A DNA stretch of 64,000 bases, from contig CAKVOP010000001.1 of assembly GCA_934793215.1 (NCBI GenBank), positions 138,871-202,870 on the forward strand, in the 5' to 3' direction. The stretch comes from an uncultured Clostridia bacterium. Lineage in GTDB: Bacteria; Bacillota; Clostridia; Christensenellales; UBA1242. The position numbers were made by a program, and so were the translations under genes. Below, piece by piece: positions 1 to 9,565 of this stretch (its first letter is position 1; each line of letters begins with the position of its first letter). Under the pieces are notes generated by a model that was given only the letters and a program-made list of their open reading frames with translations, made no database searches and was not told where the DNA came from.

Positions 1-1
1 T

Positions 2-1624
2 GTTGACCTTTACAAGATTACAAGAAATGAAGAAAATGAAGAAACTTCTAGACAAACTTTGGCAACAAATGGTATGACAACATATTATGATACAACAAGA
101 GGCGTATTTACAGTTGATGCAGGTGCTTTCAATGCATCAAGTGCAGGTGAGTATCAAGTTGTTGTAACAGTTATTGACTCTGCAAATCATACTCTTTCAA
201 CTTATTTTAACTACGCTGTTACAGGCACAACAGTTGTTGAAGAGCCAGAAATTTCAAACGTTTCAACAGAGACGAAAGAACTTGAACTTGGTAAGTCTTT
301 ATATCTTCCAACTCCAACGCTTTCCGTTAGTGAATCTAGCGAATATGGCTATATTGGGCTTGGAGACGAAGATGATTCAAATAATGCAACATACTATTTC
401 CCACAAGTAATTTCAGCAACAAGCAGTGATTATGAGCTTGATGGACAATATTTCACAGGAAATACAAAGGGAACTTATAAACTTCAATACAATGTCTTCT
501 TGCTTCGTTACAGCAAAGCAGAAGCTAATTTTGCAGATTCAGCAACAGAAAATAAACTTTCTCTTGATGCAAATGGTAAACTTGTGTTCACATCTAGTGG
601 GGTAAACTATTATGTTTACATTGCTAAAACAGGTGATGAGTTTGTTCTCCATGCAAACACTCAATTAGATGGAACTGGCGGAGACCTCGCTGACAACACA
701 AGACTTAATCAAATTGTTAAGACTTTTGCTCTTAAATCAAAAACCATTACAATTTCAGTGAAAGATGTTGTTATTAATGTAACAATGCCAAACAATGCTT
801 ACGCAAAAACCGACTACCCAACTGTTGGCGGAAGCCTTGAAATTGTTAAACCTGATGTTTCAATCGGTGGTTCTTATTCTGTAAACAAGAAAGATTCAAC
901 TGTTACAATCACTTATTCTTCAAATTCTTCAAGCAGTGAAACACTTGCAAAAATCAATCTAGAAGATTGGGAAAAGGCTATCGAATCGACCAATTCAAAC
1001 TTTGTTGTTAATGGAACAAAAATAAGCCTTAACCTTGCGAAGAATGGACAATACAAAATTGCTTACTCAATTCAAGCACAAAATGCTTATGGCGAAAATG
1101 TTGGCGATCCAAAAGAACTTTCTTATACAATTAAGAGTGGAGATAACACTAAACCAACTCTTGAAGTAAAATCAGGCAAAATCACAACAGATTATGCCCT
1201 TGGCGATTCAATGAAGATCGCATTCACAGGTTCTGCTGTAAGTGATATATTCAATTTGGAAGATAATAAGACTAGCATCACAGAACTTCTTAAAACTTTA
1301 AAATTGACATTGAAAGGACCAAACAAAACTGAAGCTTTAGAGAATAAAGCAGAAGGTGACAATCAGTTTGAATACGCTTACACTTTTGAAGAAGCGGGTG
1401 ATTACACTCTTACTTTCCAAGTTACAGATGAAGCTGGAAACATAAGCACTGAAAAAGTTTCATTTACTGTTAAAGCAAAAGAAAACAAACCTGTAAATGT
1501 AAAACAAGTTATGGGTGGAGTGCTTATCGGCGTTTCAGTCGCTCTTCTTGCAGGTGTTGTGATCTACTTCGTTGTAAGTAAGGTTAAACTTGACAAGAAA
1601 GAACGCTCTTATAAAAAGAGATAA
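2..1624 (+). CDS. Cell-surface protein, C-terminal portion (5' end outside window); beta-rich repeat region with C-terminal TM anchor
   Basis: Reading frame is open from base 2, with no stop before the TTG at 59 used by the ORF track. Thr/Ser/Asn/Val-rich extracellular-type sequence. C-terminal hydrophobic span VMGGVLIGVSVALLAGVVIYFVV followed by a basic tail KVKLDKKERSYKKR. Terminator hairpin follows. Confidence 0.7.
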   Translation, partial: VDLYKITRNEENEETSRQTLATNGMTTYYDTTRGVFTVDAGAFNASSAGEYQVVVTVIDSANHTLSTYFNYAVTGTTVVEEPEISNVSTETKELELGKSLYLPTPTLSVSESSEYGYIGLGDEDDSNNATYYFPQVISATSSDYELDGQYFTGNTKGTYKLQYNVFLLRYSKAEANFADSATENKLSLDANGKLVFTSSGVNYYVYIAKTGDEFVLHANTQLDGTGGDLADNTRLNQIVKTFALKSKTITISVKDVVINVTMPNNAYAKTDYPTVGGSLEIVKPDVSIGGSYSVNKKDSTVTITYSSNSSSSETLAKINLEDWEKAIESTNSNFVVNGTKISLNLAKNGQYKIAYSIQAQNAYGENVGDPKELSYTIKSGDNTKPTLEVKSGKITTDYALGDSMKIAFTGSAVSDIFNLEDNKTSITELLKTLKLTLKGPNKTEALENKAEGDNQFEYAYTFEEAGDYTLTFQVTDEAGNISTEKVSFTVKAKENKPVNVKQVMGGVLIGVSVALLAGVVIYFVVSKVKLDKKERSYKKR

Positions 1625-1660
1625 CCTTTTAATAATTTAACAAAAAGAGCCTTTATTGGA

Positions 1661-1701
1661 GAGCCCTAGTTGAGGGATTGTCCTAAACTAGGCTCTTTTT
1701 T
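1661..1701 (+). terminator. Rho-independent terminator of the surface-protein gene
   Basis: GAGCCCTAGTT...AACTAGGCTC stem followed by TTTTTT. Confidence 0.65.
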
Positions 1702-1706
1702 GCTGT

Positions 1707-1749
1707 AAACACAGAACTTCACTAGATCATCTAGTGAAGTTCTGTGTTT
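1707..1749. repeat. Perfect 43-bp palindrome (21-bp arms, 1-nt centre)
   Basis: AAACACAGAACTTCACTAGAT-C-ATCTAGTGAAGTTCTGTGTTT, verified base by base. Lies between two convergent surface-protein genes. Confidence 0.9.
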
Positions 1750-1888
1750 CAAATATAAAACCAAATATAAAATTTGCTGAATAATAAGTTGGGACTGTTT
1801 GTTTTCTATAGGTTAAGATGTTTAAATTATATAATTTTTGCATAAAAAAGACAGGTTTAAAACCTGTCTTAAAATTTACTAAAATATT

Positions 1889-2461
1889 TTAGAAATTTGT
1901 ATTAGAAAGTTTAATATTGAAATTGAATGCTCCTGAAACTGAACTTTCAAGATTTGCAACTTTCATTGTTATAGTGAGTGTTTTGCTTGATTCTTTTTCA
2001 ACTGTGAAAGTAGTCAAAGTTTCCGTTCCTACTTTGTAATCAAATGTTACATTTGAAATCTCTGTGTGGTTATCAGTATATTGAATGTACATTGGATTTT
2101 CAGTGCTTTTGTTTTCAAAAGTGATTGTGAAAACAATTTCTTGATTGTTAACAAAAGTGAAATCAATGTTTTGCCATGAATCTGGGGCGACAGTTTCTTG
2201 TGTTGAATTTGAGTCGAAGTTAAGGGCTTCAAAAGTGTGTCCTGTTTTTGCGCCAGTAAGAGCACCTGTCACTTGTGCGTAAACATTCGTTGCATCGTAT
2301 GTAAAATTTCCTCCACCATTAATATTTAACAAAGAAAGTGCTAATGCCACTGCAATGGCAGATACGCCAGCCAAAAGCATGAAAACAACCGAGCAAGTAA
2401 CAAGTGCTTTTGAGCGTTTTGGACTTTTTCTGTCGTCTATTTCTCTATCATAAAATTTCAT
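1889..2461 (-). CDS. N-terminally membrane-anchored secreted-domain protein; paralog of the N-terminal module of the LRR protein at 56176
   Basis: AAGGAGG SD precedes the ATG at 2461 (MKFYDREI...), which I prefer over the ORF-track start at 2482. One TM span (LVTCSVVFMLLAGVSAIAVALALSLL) followed by a beta-rich domain. Full-length similarity to residues ~20-190 of the 655-aa protein (e.g. FTYDATNVYAQVTGALTGAKTG vs FNATNIYAQVTGTVTGSKSE). Confidence 0.75.
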   Translation of the reverse strand: MKFYDREIDDRKSPKRSKALVTCSVVFMLLAGVSAIAVALALSLLNINGGGNFTYDATNVYAQVTGALTGAKTGHTFEALNFDSNSTQETVAPDSWQNIDFTFVNNQEIVFTITFENKSTENPMYIQYTDNHTEISNVTFDYKVGTETLTTFTVEKESSKTLTITMKVANLESSVSGAFNFNIKLSNTNF

Positions 2462-2760
2462 TTTTTCCTCCTTTGCGGGCATATTCGCCTTATCTTGCTT
2501 TAATTATACATTTTTAGATAAAATGTGTCAACAAATACACGGCTTTATAAGTATTTTTTTTAAAAATTGATGTTTTAGACTAGTTTAGTTTGTGTAGAAT
2601 TAATAAAAATATGCTCAATAGGCAGTTTAGGCATGGACGAATAAACGCATAGCCAACGCTAGTAATGTTTTTAAATGATATTACGCCAAAATGCCTATAA
2701 TTTTTTATAAAACGAAAAAATCCTTTATGACAGACGAAAAAATTGGTATGCAAAAATTAC

Positions 2761-2789
2761 TTGACAAAATTGTCAGTTTATGGTATATT
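2761..2789 (+). promoter_or_regulatory. Sigma-A type promoter of the rplU-prp-rpmA operon
   Basis: TTGACA (2761-2766), 17-nt spacer, TATATT (2784-2789) with an upstream TG (extended -10). Confidence 0.7.
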
Positions 2790-2795
2790 TATAGG

Positions 2796-2866
2796 CGTAT
2801 CCGCATGGGAAAGGTTTTAAAGATTACATATTGTAACACCCGAGCCAGCGAGTTTGGATAGAGGAG
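2796..2866 (+). promoter_or_regulatory. 5' leader of rplU (possible L21-leader type autoregulatory RNA)
   Basis: ~75-nt untranslated leader between the predicted TSS and the GGAGG SD. It is GC-richer than its surroundings. Firmicutes are known to carry an L21 leader upstream of rplU. The consensus was not verified here. Confidence 0.35.
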
Positions 2867-2875
2867 GTATAAAAA

Positions 2876-3184
2876 ATGTTCGCAGTAGTACAAACTGGTG
2901 GCAAACAATACAAGGTTAGCGAAAATGACGTTATCACAGTTGAAAAACTTGAAAACGAAGTTGGAGACAAAATCAATCTTGAAGTTTTGCTTGTAAGTGA
3001 TAATGGAACAGTTGTTGCTGGAAACCCTGTCGTTGCTGGTGCTGTATGTGAAGCAGAAGTTGTTGCTCACGGAAAAGGTGACAAAATCGTTGTTTTCAAA
3101 TATAAACCAAAGAAAAACGAAAGAAAGAAACAAGGTCACAGACAACCATTCACTCAATTAAGAATTTTATCAATTAAAAAGTAA
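2876..3184 (+). CDS. rplU: 50S ribosomal protein L21
   Basis: [14 protein letters not shown]... is the canonical L21 N-terminus. GGAGG SD. Conserved rplU-prp-rpmA order. Confidence 0.97.
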   Translation: MFAVVQTGGKQYKVSENDVITVEKLENEVGDKINLEVLLVSDNGTVVAGNPVVAGAVCEAEVVAHGKGDKIVVFKYKPKKNERKKQGHRQPFTQLRILSIKK

Positions 3185-3192
3185 GGTTTAAA

Positions 3193-3522
3193 ATGACAAA
3201 TATTACTTTTTACAAAAAAAATGGTATCGTTTTAGGATTTGAAATTTCGGGGCACACTGGCAAGGACGACTACGGAAAGGATTTGCTTTGCTGTCAGATT
3301 TCAACAATCGCTCAACTTGCTATTGTTGGAATAGATGAAGTAAAAAGAGTCGCAAATTTTCATGAAATCAGTGATGGATATTTGAAAATTCGTCTCAATG
3401 AAAAGGACGCTAGTGCCGAAGATGTTCAACTCCTTTTTGAAAGTTGTTTGCAATCATTAAAATCGATAGTTGCAGACGAAAAAAAATATGCAAAATTGGA
3501 GGTAAAAAATGTTAAAGTTTAA
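3193..3522 (+). CDS. prp: Ribosomal-processing cysteine protease Prp (YsxB family)
   Basis: ~109 aa ORF between rplU and rpmA with the GHTG...LCCQIST motif (His/Cys dyad context). Overlaps the rpmA start. Confidence 0.88.
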   Translation: MTNITFYKKNGIVLGFEISGHTGKDDYGKDLLCCQISTIAQLAIVGIDEVKRVANFHEISDGYLKIRLNEKDASAEDVQLLFESCLQSLKSIVADEKKYAKLEVKNVKV

Positions 3523-3784
3523 TGCTCAACTTTTTGCTCACAAGAAGGGTGGTGGTAGCACTAAAAACGGTCGTGACTCTCAAAGTAAGCGCCTTGGCGT
3601 TAAGGCTTATGGTGGCGAGACTGTAACTGCTGGAAGCATCATTGTAAGACAAAAAGGAACAAAAATTTACCCAGGAAAGAATGTTGGAATGGGTAAAGAT
3701 TATACTTTATTTGCACTTGTTGATGGAGTTGTTAAATTCGGTCAAAGTAATGCAAAGAAAGTGGTATCAGTTGTAACTGAATAA
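3509..3784 (+). CDS. rpmA: 50S ribosomal protein L27 with cleavable N-terminal extension
   Basis: MLKFNAQLF|[15 protein letters not shown]: Firmicutes-type 9-aa propeptide followed by the conserved L27 N-terminus. Confidence 0.97.
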   Translation: MLKFNAQLFAHKKGGGSTKNGRDSQSKRLGVKAYGGETVTAGSIIVRQKGTKIYPGKNVGMGKDYTLFALVDGVVKFGQSNAKKVVSVVTE

Positions 3785-3792
3785 TATCACAA

Positions 3793-3816
3793 ACGAGGGT
3801 AGTCCCTCGTTTTTTA
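3793..3816 (+). terminator. Rho-independent terminator after rpmA
   Basis: ACGAGGG-TAGT-CCCTCGT followed by TTTTT. Confidence 0.85.
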
Positions 3817-3959
3817 TTGGCTAAATAAAGTAGTTCTAGGTTAAGGAATGTTAACCTGAAGCAGCAAATTGTTATAAGCGTAAAGTTTTATGATAAGAAA
3901 AATATTATAAATTCAAAAATTAATTGTTTTTATTGCATTTAGTGTGATAATATGAGTAT

Positions 3960-4790
3960 ATGAAACTTTACGAACAGGGGAAAAATTATATAAAAATTTT
4001 AGACTCATCATCATTCAATATAGAGCACATATTGGAGTGTGGGCAAGTTTTTTGTTTTAGAAAAGTTAATGAGCACTATGAGGTGTTCCCAGAAGACAAA
4101 TATGCCGAGATATACAATGAAGATGGTCAATATTTAATTAAGACGCAAACGCCTGAATTTTTCGTAAAATGGTTCGACCTTGATAGAAACTATGAAAAAA
4201 TAAAACAAGACTTAATCAAATTCCCTATTATGAAAAACCCGATTGATTTTGGGTATGGGATAAGAATATTGAACCAAAATCTTTTTGAAACTTTAATTTC
4301 GTTTATAATTTCTGCAAACAACAACATAAAAAGAATTAAAGGGATATTGCTAAAACTTCGAGAAGCACTCGGTGACAAAAATTCAACAGGATATTCTTTT
4401 CCTTCCAGAGAAAAAATGCTAGATAAAGATGAATCGTTTTATAAAAGTTTAGGAATGGGATACAGAGCCTCATATATTGTTAAAGTTTTAAAGCAAGTCG
4501 ATGAAAAAACGCTTGAAGAGTGGAGTGAACTAGAAACTTGTGCTTTAAGAAATCGTTTGATTGCTCTCGCGGGAGTTGGACCAAAGGTTGCTGATTGCAT
4601 TTTACTTTTTGGTTATCATAAAGGCGATGTTTTTCCTGTCGATACTTGGATTGAACAGATGTATAACAAGAATTTTATACCACTTAAAAACAGAAACATA
4701 ATTAGGGAAAACCTCACGGAAATGTTTGGTTCTCTTTCTGGTTATGCTCAACAATACTTATTTTATTATCAGAGGTCATTTTTGAATTAA
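3960..4790 (+). CDS. ogg: 8-oxoguanine DNA glycosylase / AP lyase (HhH-GPD superfamily, Ogg type)
   Basis: HhH-GPD signature region LIALAGVGPKVADCILLFGYHKGDVFPVDTWI. Size ~276 aa is typical of clostridial Ogg. Confidence 0.8.
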   Translation: MKLYEQGKNYIKILDSSSFNIEHILECGQVFCFRKVNEHYEVFPEDKYAEIYNEDGQYLIKTQTPEFFVKWFDLDRNYEKIKQDLIKFPIMKNPIDFGYGIRILNQNLFETLISFIISANNNIKRIKGILLKLREALGDKNSTGYSFPSREKMLDKDESFYKSLGMGYRASYIVKVLKQVDEKTLEEWSELETCALRNRLIALAGVGPKVADCILLFGYHKGDVFPVDTWIEQMYNKNFIPLKNRNIIRENLTEMFGSLSGYAQQYLFYYQRSFLN

Positions 4791-4947
4791 TGGCCTTTTT
4801 TAATCATTTTTAATAAAAAATTTGGCTTTTTTAACGAAAAAATATTGTATTTTGTGTTATTTTTGTTAAAAATCTAGTTTACAAAAGATTTGCCTATTTA
4901 CAATCTTTTGTTATTGTGATATAATAAAAAAGTAAATGGAGGCGAGA

Positions 4948-5985
4948 ATGATGTCATTATTAAACGCACTTTCTGTTGCGCAGATCACATTAATTTCAGT
5001 TTTTGGAACAATAGCGTTATTAGGAATTATCTATTTGTGTTTTGTTCCACTTAAAACATATTTTATGGTTGTTTTTTCTGGTTGTTACATTTCTAGTGCA
5101 CAACTTATTGGTTTAAGAAGTAGGAAAATAAATGTTAAGGAAATTGCACTTTTATATGTTTCAGTACGCAAAGCAAAGATAAAAGTTACTCTTAAAGATA
5201 TAGAGAGAGCATCACAATCGGGGGTTGACATAAAAGCAGTTATAGAGGCAATAACACTGCTTGATTCGGCAAATAAACCACTTGATTTTGAAAAGGCGGT
5301 TGCTATTGAAATGGCGACAAAAAATGTTGTAGAACTTGCAAAAGATAGTCTTGTTAGCAAGGCGTTAAATATTGATGATATATCTGCAACAACGAAAGAT
5401 GGATATGAAATAAGTACAAGTGTTAATTTTTCTGTTAAGGCTGATCTTGAAAAGTTTTCAAGTGGACTTGGTCTTGATGACCTTAAAAATGCTATAACAG
5501 CTTGTGTGATTGATAAGATTTCTTCAACTGAAAATCATGAAGAGTTGCTTGCGAAACCAAATGAGAGTCTGTTTGAGAATGTAGACTTAAAAACCATCGC
5601 ACAAAAATCAATGTTCTCCCTTGAAGATATTAAAATAGGTTCAATTTCAATAATTAAAGATTTGAACGCAGAAAAAGAGATAAAATCAGCAGAAAAAGAG
5701 AAAATTTATGCTTCTATTGAAGCTGAAAGAATGAGAAATGCCGAGGAAATTCGTTTAATTCAAACTAAAACTAGAATTGAAAATATGAAGGCGAGCGTCC
5801 TTGAAGCAGAGGCAGAAGTGCCACGTGCACTTTCAGAAGCAATTAAAGAAGGAAGGTTCTCTGTTATGGATTATTACAAGCTTATGAACCTTCAAGCTGA
5901 TACTGCTCTCCGTAGGGCGATTATTGGAGACAATGACGAAGAAGATAATGACGACAGTGATGATGAGGACGGTGAAGGAGAATAA
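4948..5985 (+). CDS. floA: Flotillin-like protein FloA (UPF0365/YqfA family) with acidic C-terminal tail
   Basis: N-terminal TM, then the SAQLIGLRSRKINVKEI... region typical of YqfA/FloA. GGAGG SD favours the ATG at 4948 (ORF track: 4936). Sits upstream of yqfC/yqfD as in B. subtilis. Confidence 0.8.
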   Translation: MMSLLNALSVAQITLISVFGTIALLGIIYLCFVPLKTYFMVVFSGCYISSAQLIGLRSRKINVKEIALLYVSVRKAKIKVTLKDIERASQSGVDIKAVIEAITLLDSANKPLDFEKAVAIEMATKNVVELAKDSLVSKALNIDDISATTKDGYEISTSVNFSVKADLEKFSSGLGLDDLKNAITACVIDKISSTENHEELLAKPNESLFENVDLKTIAQKSMFSLEDIKIGSISIIKDLNAEKEIKSAEKEKIYASIEAERMRNAEEIRLIQTKTRIENMKASVLEAEAEVPRALSEAIKEGRFSVMDYYKLMNLQADTALRRAIIGDNDEEDNDDSDDEDGEGE

Positions 5986-5987
5986 TT

Positions 5988-6548
5988 ATGTTAACCATTA
6001 TTTTATCAGTTGCTGGCGGTGCAATAGCACTTATCACTCTTTGGGTTGTTATTGCTGTAGTTCGTGGTAAAAAGAAAGATCGTGCACTAGATGAAAATAT
6101 CAAAAAACTTAAAGCAGAAAAGGAAAGCCTTAATGATGCTGGTTCACTTACGATTGCAAGTGACGAGACTCCAGTGCAAACTGATGTGCCAAAGGGGGGC
6201 ACTATTGAGAGTATTGATATAGACAGTAAAGATGCCGAAAATCCTGTGGAGACGGAAGTTGAGAATTCTAACGCTTTGGATATGCAGATACCTGATAACG
6301 AAATGTTTGATATCGCGGACGACAAAGCCCTTGAAGATTTTTTAAAAGAATTAGATGACGACTATGATTATAAACCTAAAAAAGCAAGCAAAAAGAGCAA
6401 AAAAACTGACGATTTTGAAAAATTTCTTGATAAGCACTCATATACGAGAAGAATTATAGATAAAAACCTCTTAAAAAAATTACAAGAACTTCCACCAGAA
6501 ATAAAGGCGATTGTAATTTCAAATATATTCACAAGACCACAAGATTAA
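5988..6548 (+). CDS. Membrane-anchored acidic protein of unknown function (position equivalent to yqfB)
   Basis: N-terminal TM (IILSVAGGAIALITLWVVIAVV) and a charged C-terminal region. Tightly coupled to floA with a 2-nt gap. Confidence 0.6.
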   Translation: MLTIILSVAGGAIALITLWVVIAVVRGKKKDRALDENIKKLKAEKESLNDAGSLTIASDETPVQTDVPKGGTIESIDIDSKDAENPVETEVENSNALDMQIPDNEMFDIADDKALEDFLKELDDDYDYKPKKASKKSKKTDDFEKFLDKHSYTRRIIDKNLLKKLQELPPEIKAIVISNIFTRPQD

Positions 6549-6551
6549 AAA

Positions 6552-6577
6552 AAGGACGCATACCGTCCTTTTTTTGT
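6552..6577 (+). terminator. Rho-independent terminator
   Basis: GGACG-CATA-CCGTCC hairpin flanked by an A-run and a T-run. Confidence 0.75.
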
Positions 6578-6753
6578 GTTTGAAACCTTGCGTTATTTGA
6601 TCAAGAATCAAATACACCTTGATAAGGTTTTGCTGTAAAAAATGGAAATTTTTATGAATAGACTTGAATCTTAAATTTTGCAATTTGATAGGGCGTATTA
6701 AATATTTGATATTTTTTCAGTGAATTAAACATATATTATTGCGTTGGAGGGGT

Positions 6754-7011
6754 ATGTTTAATTTCCTAGAAGAGATTAAAAAGAAAGCGAGGAAAAGTAA
6801 ACTCGCTGTCGATTACAATGTTATCCTCGTTTCGGGACGACTTTTGTATATAGAGGGACATCTTGGACTTACTATTATAAGCCCTACTTTGATGGCATTA
6901 AAAGTTAAAGGTTCAAGGCTTGAAATAGAGGGGCAGGAATTAAGCATAACCGAATTGACTGAAAATACACTTCTTATTGAAGGGAACATTTGCGAGGTGC
7001 GTAAAGGGTGA
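6754..7011 (+). CDS. yqfC: Sporulation protein YqfC (YabP family)
   Basis: Pattern LLYIEGHLGLTIISPTLMALKVKGSRLEIEGQELSITELTENTLLIEG is typical of YabP/YqfC. GGAGGGG SD before the ATG at 6754. Overlaps the following yqfD start. Confidence 0.75.
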   Translation: MFNFLEEIKKKARKSKLAVDYNVILVSGRLLYIEGHLGLTIISPTLMALKVKGSRLEIEGQELSITELTENTLLIEGNICEVRKG

Positions 7012-8123
7012 ATAGAAGTCAATTTGTTGTGAAAGGGTTAAATCAAGAAAAGGCATTTAATAACCTTTCAAAAGAAATAAAAGTGTACAAAATAAAGCGT
7101 CCTGAATATAATTTATCCACATTTGAAGTGGATAGTAAAAACGAAAAGAAAGCAAATTCTATTTTATCGTCTATGGGGCTTGAAGTCACTGTGGTTGGAC
7201 ACAAAGGATTTGTTAAAAAACTTAAAAGTTTTTTTTCTTTTTATGGAATTATTTGTGGAATTGTGATTTCGATACTTTTTTATATTTTGCAGTATAATTT
7301 CATTTTAAAAATAGAAATCTGGGGAAATGAAAACCTTTCTGCTAGCGTGGTTAAAGATTACGCAGACAGCCTGCTTGGTAGTCATTTTAAATCCAAAGTC
7401 GATACAAAAGAGGTAGAGAATAAAATAAAAAATAAGTTTAATCTTGCAAGCAGTGTAAGCGTTGCCATTGTTGGACAAACACTTATTATAAACCTTAATG
7501 AAGGAATTTTGCCACCAGAAATGGAAGATGAATTTGCACCTATTATAAGTAATGAAGAGGGGCTGGTAACTTCAATTACATTGATTCAGGGAACTCTAAA
7601 CGTTAAAGTGGGAGATATTGTCAAAAAGGGAGATGTGCTTGTTTTTCCTTATATTATAGATGCCGATGGAAATGAACGAAAAGTTAAACCACAGGCTGAT
7701 ATAGAGGCGGAGGTTTGGTTGCGAAAAGAATATTGTCACAAAGATTATGTGGTTAAGTCCCAGCGTACAGGCGAAAAAGCGGTTTGCAATAGAGTCCTTC
7801 TCAATGGTAAGGAAATTTACAAATATGAAAGTAAAACAAAATTTGATTGTTATGAAGAGGAGACAACTTATCAAAATTTGATTTCAAGCAATTTGATTCC
7901 ATTTAAGTTTGAGCGAACAACGCGTTATGAGCTTGAAACGGTTGAAATAAATAACCCTTTTGAAGACAATAAAGAGGAAATTGTGAATTTAGCACGCGAA
8001 AATGTATTGATTTTTTTGCAGAAAAATGAGATAATTAAAGATGAAAAGTATTTCGTGCGTGAAGGTGGCGGTTGTTATTTTATTGATTACATCATAACCA
8101 CTTGCCGAAACATTGGAGGATAA
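7008..8123 (+). CDS. yqfD: Sporulation protein YqfD (stage IV-type, single TM)
   Basis: GTG start overlapping the yqfC stop. ~370 aa with an internal TM (FYGIICGIVISILFYIL). Conserved position between yqfC and ybeY. Confidence 0.7.
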   Translation: MNRSQFVVKGLNQEKAFNNLSKEIKVYKIKRPEYNLSTFEVDSKNEKKANSILSSMGLEVTVVGHKGFVKKLKSFFSFYGIICGIVISILFYILQYNFILKIEIWGNENLSASVVKDYADSLLGSHFKSKVDTKEVENKIKNKFNLASSVSVAIVGQTLIINLNEGILPPEMEDEFAPIISNEEGLVTSITLIQGTLNVKVGDIVKKGDVLVFPYIIDADGNERKVKPQADIEAEVWLRKEYCHKDYVVKSQRTGEKAVCNRVLLNGKEIYKYESKTKFDCYEEETTYQNLISSNLIPFKFERTTRYELETVEINNPFEDNKEEIVNLARENVLIFLQKNEIIKDEKYFVREGGGCYFIDYIITTCRNIGG

Positions 8124-8606
8124 ATGATAATTAATTTTAATAAGGTACATTTAGGATATAGAAATTTGATACGCAAAATTTATAATAGGGCACTTCAAGA
8201 AACTAAAAATGATGATATGAACATTATTGCAAGTGTGACTTTTGTAAATGAAGAAAAAATAAGATCTCTAAACAAAATTAGCAGAGATGTTGACCGAGTT
8301 ACTGATGTTTTATCTTTCCCTATGCTTGATATAAAATATCCACAAAAAGTAAATGAATTTTTGGCAGAAGTAAACCCTGACGGGACTTTATACCTTGGAG
8401 ATGTTGTAATTTGCATTAAGCGTGCAAAAGAACAAGCGAAAGAGTATGGACACAGTTTAAAGAGGGAAATTGGCTTCCTGGCTTTGCATGGATTATTGCA
8501 CATTTTGGGATATGATCACATTGAAAAAGAAGACGAAGAGGTTATGTTTTCAACAGCGGATAAAATTTTAAACAGTGTGGGCTTGAAAAGAGGCAAAAAT
8601 GTTTAA
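8124..8606 (+). CDS. ybeY: rRNA maturation endoribonuclease YbeY
   Basis: Zinc-binding HGLLHILGYDH motif. 160 aa. Precedes era. Confidence 0.93.
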   Translation: MIINFNKVHLGYRNLIRKIYNRALQETKNDDMNIIASVTFVNEEKIRSLNKISRDVDRVTDVLSFPMLDIKYPQKVNEFLAEVNPDGTLYLGDVVICIKRAKEQAKEYGHSLKREIGFLALHGLLHILGYDHIEKEDEEVMFSTADKILNSVGLKRGKNV

Positions 8607-9435
8607 GGCTGGATTTATAGCATTGGTTGGCAAACCCAATGCAGGGAAAAGTACTTTAATTAATGCACTTGTTGGCGAAAAGGTTGCCATAATATCACCA
8701 AAACCTCAAACCACAAGGGATAATATTCTTGGAATATTAACCACAAACGACTTTCAAATGGTTTTTGTTGACACCCCAGGCGTACACAAGTCAAAAAATT
8801 CTCTTGATAAAGCAATGATGAAAAATGTACGCAGTGCTATCGCTGGAGTGGACTTGGTTTTGTATTTAATTGATGGTACGAGTCAGCCAGATGAGGAAGA
8901 ATTGGCTTATATTGAAAATTTATCAGTTCCTAAACTGGTAGTGAAAACAAAGACAGATTTGCCTCAACAAAAGAATTTTTCTTTTGATATTGCTATATCA
9001 GCTTTTAATGGTGAAAATTTGAATCTATTAAAAGAAAAGATATTGGCTCTTTTGCCTAGCTATGATGACAAACATTACATTTATGATCCAGAGTACTATA
9101 CAGACAAGTCAGTTAAATTTTTGATTGCCGAAGAACTTCGGGAAAAAGCACTTTTGTCTCTTCATCAAGAAGTCCCACATGGCATTGCAGTCGAAATTAT
9201 TCGATTTTATGAAGAAGACAAATTGGTCGAGATTGACGCAGATATAATTTGTGAAAATGAGCGACATAAAGGAATGATTATAGGCAAAGGTGGCATTACC
9301 TTAAAAGATATGGGGGCAAAAACACGAAAATTTGCTGAAGAACTTTTAGGGAAAAAAGTTATGCTTAAAATATTTGTTAAAGTAGAAAGTGATTGGAGAA
9401 ACAAACCTCAAAAAGTCAAAAATCTAGGCTATTAA
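8599..9435 (+). CDS. era: GTPase Era
   Basis: G1 GKPNAGKST, G3 DTPG, NKxD-like TKTD, and a C-terminal KH domain with GKGG. Confidence 0.93.
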   Translation: MFKAGFIALVGKPNAGKSTLINALVGEKVAIISPKPQTTRDNILGILTTNDFQMVFVDTPGVHKSKNSLDKAMMKNVRSAIAGVDLVLYLIDGTSQPDEEELAYIENLSVPKLVVKTKTDLPQQKNFSFDIAISAFNGENLNLLKEKILALLPSYDDKHYIYDPEYYTDKSVKFLIAEELREKALLSLHQEVPHGIAVEIIRFYEEDKLVEIDADIICENERHKGMIIGKGGITLKDMGAKTRKFAEELLGKKVMLKIFVKVESDWRNKPQKVKNLGY

Positions 9436-9442
9436 CGCTTTA

Positions 9443-9472
9443 AAAAAACGCATTTTTAAATGCGTTTTTTTT
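9443..9472 (+). terminator. Rho-independent terminator after era
   Basis: AAAAAAACGCATTT-TT-AAATGCGTTTTTTTT. The flanking A and T runs could make it bidirectional. Confidence 0.75.
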
Positions 9473-9565
9473 CTCATAACATTGTTTTATTTTAACGGGT
9501 AAAATGGTGAGATATGTCTTTTGCAATAAACATTTAATGTATAAAAGATAAAAATATATCTAGAT

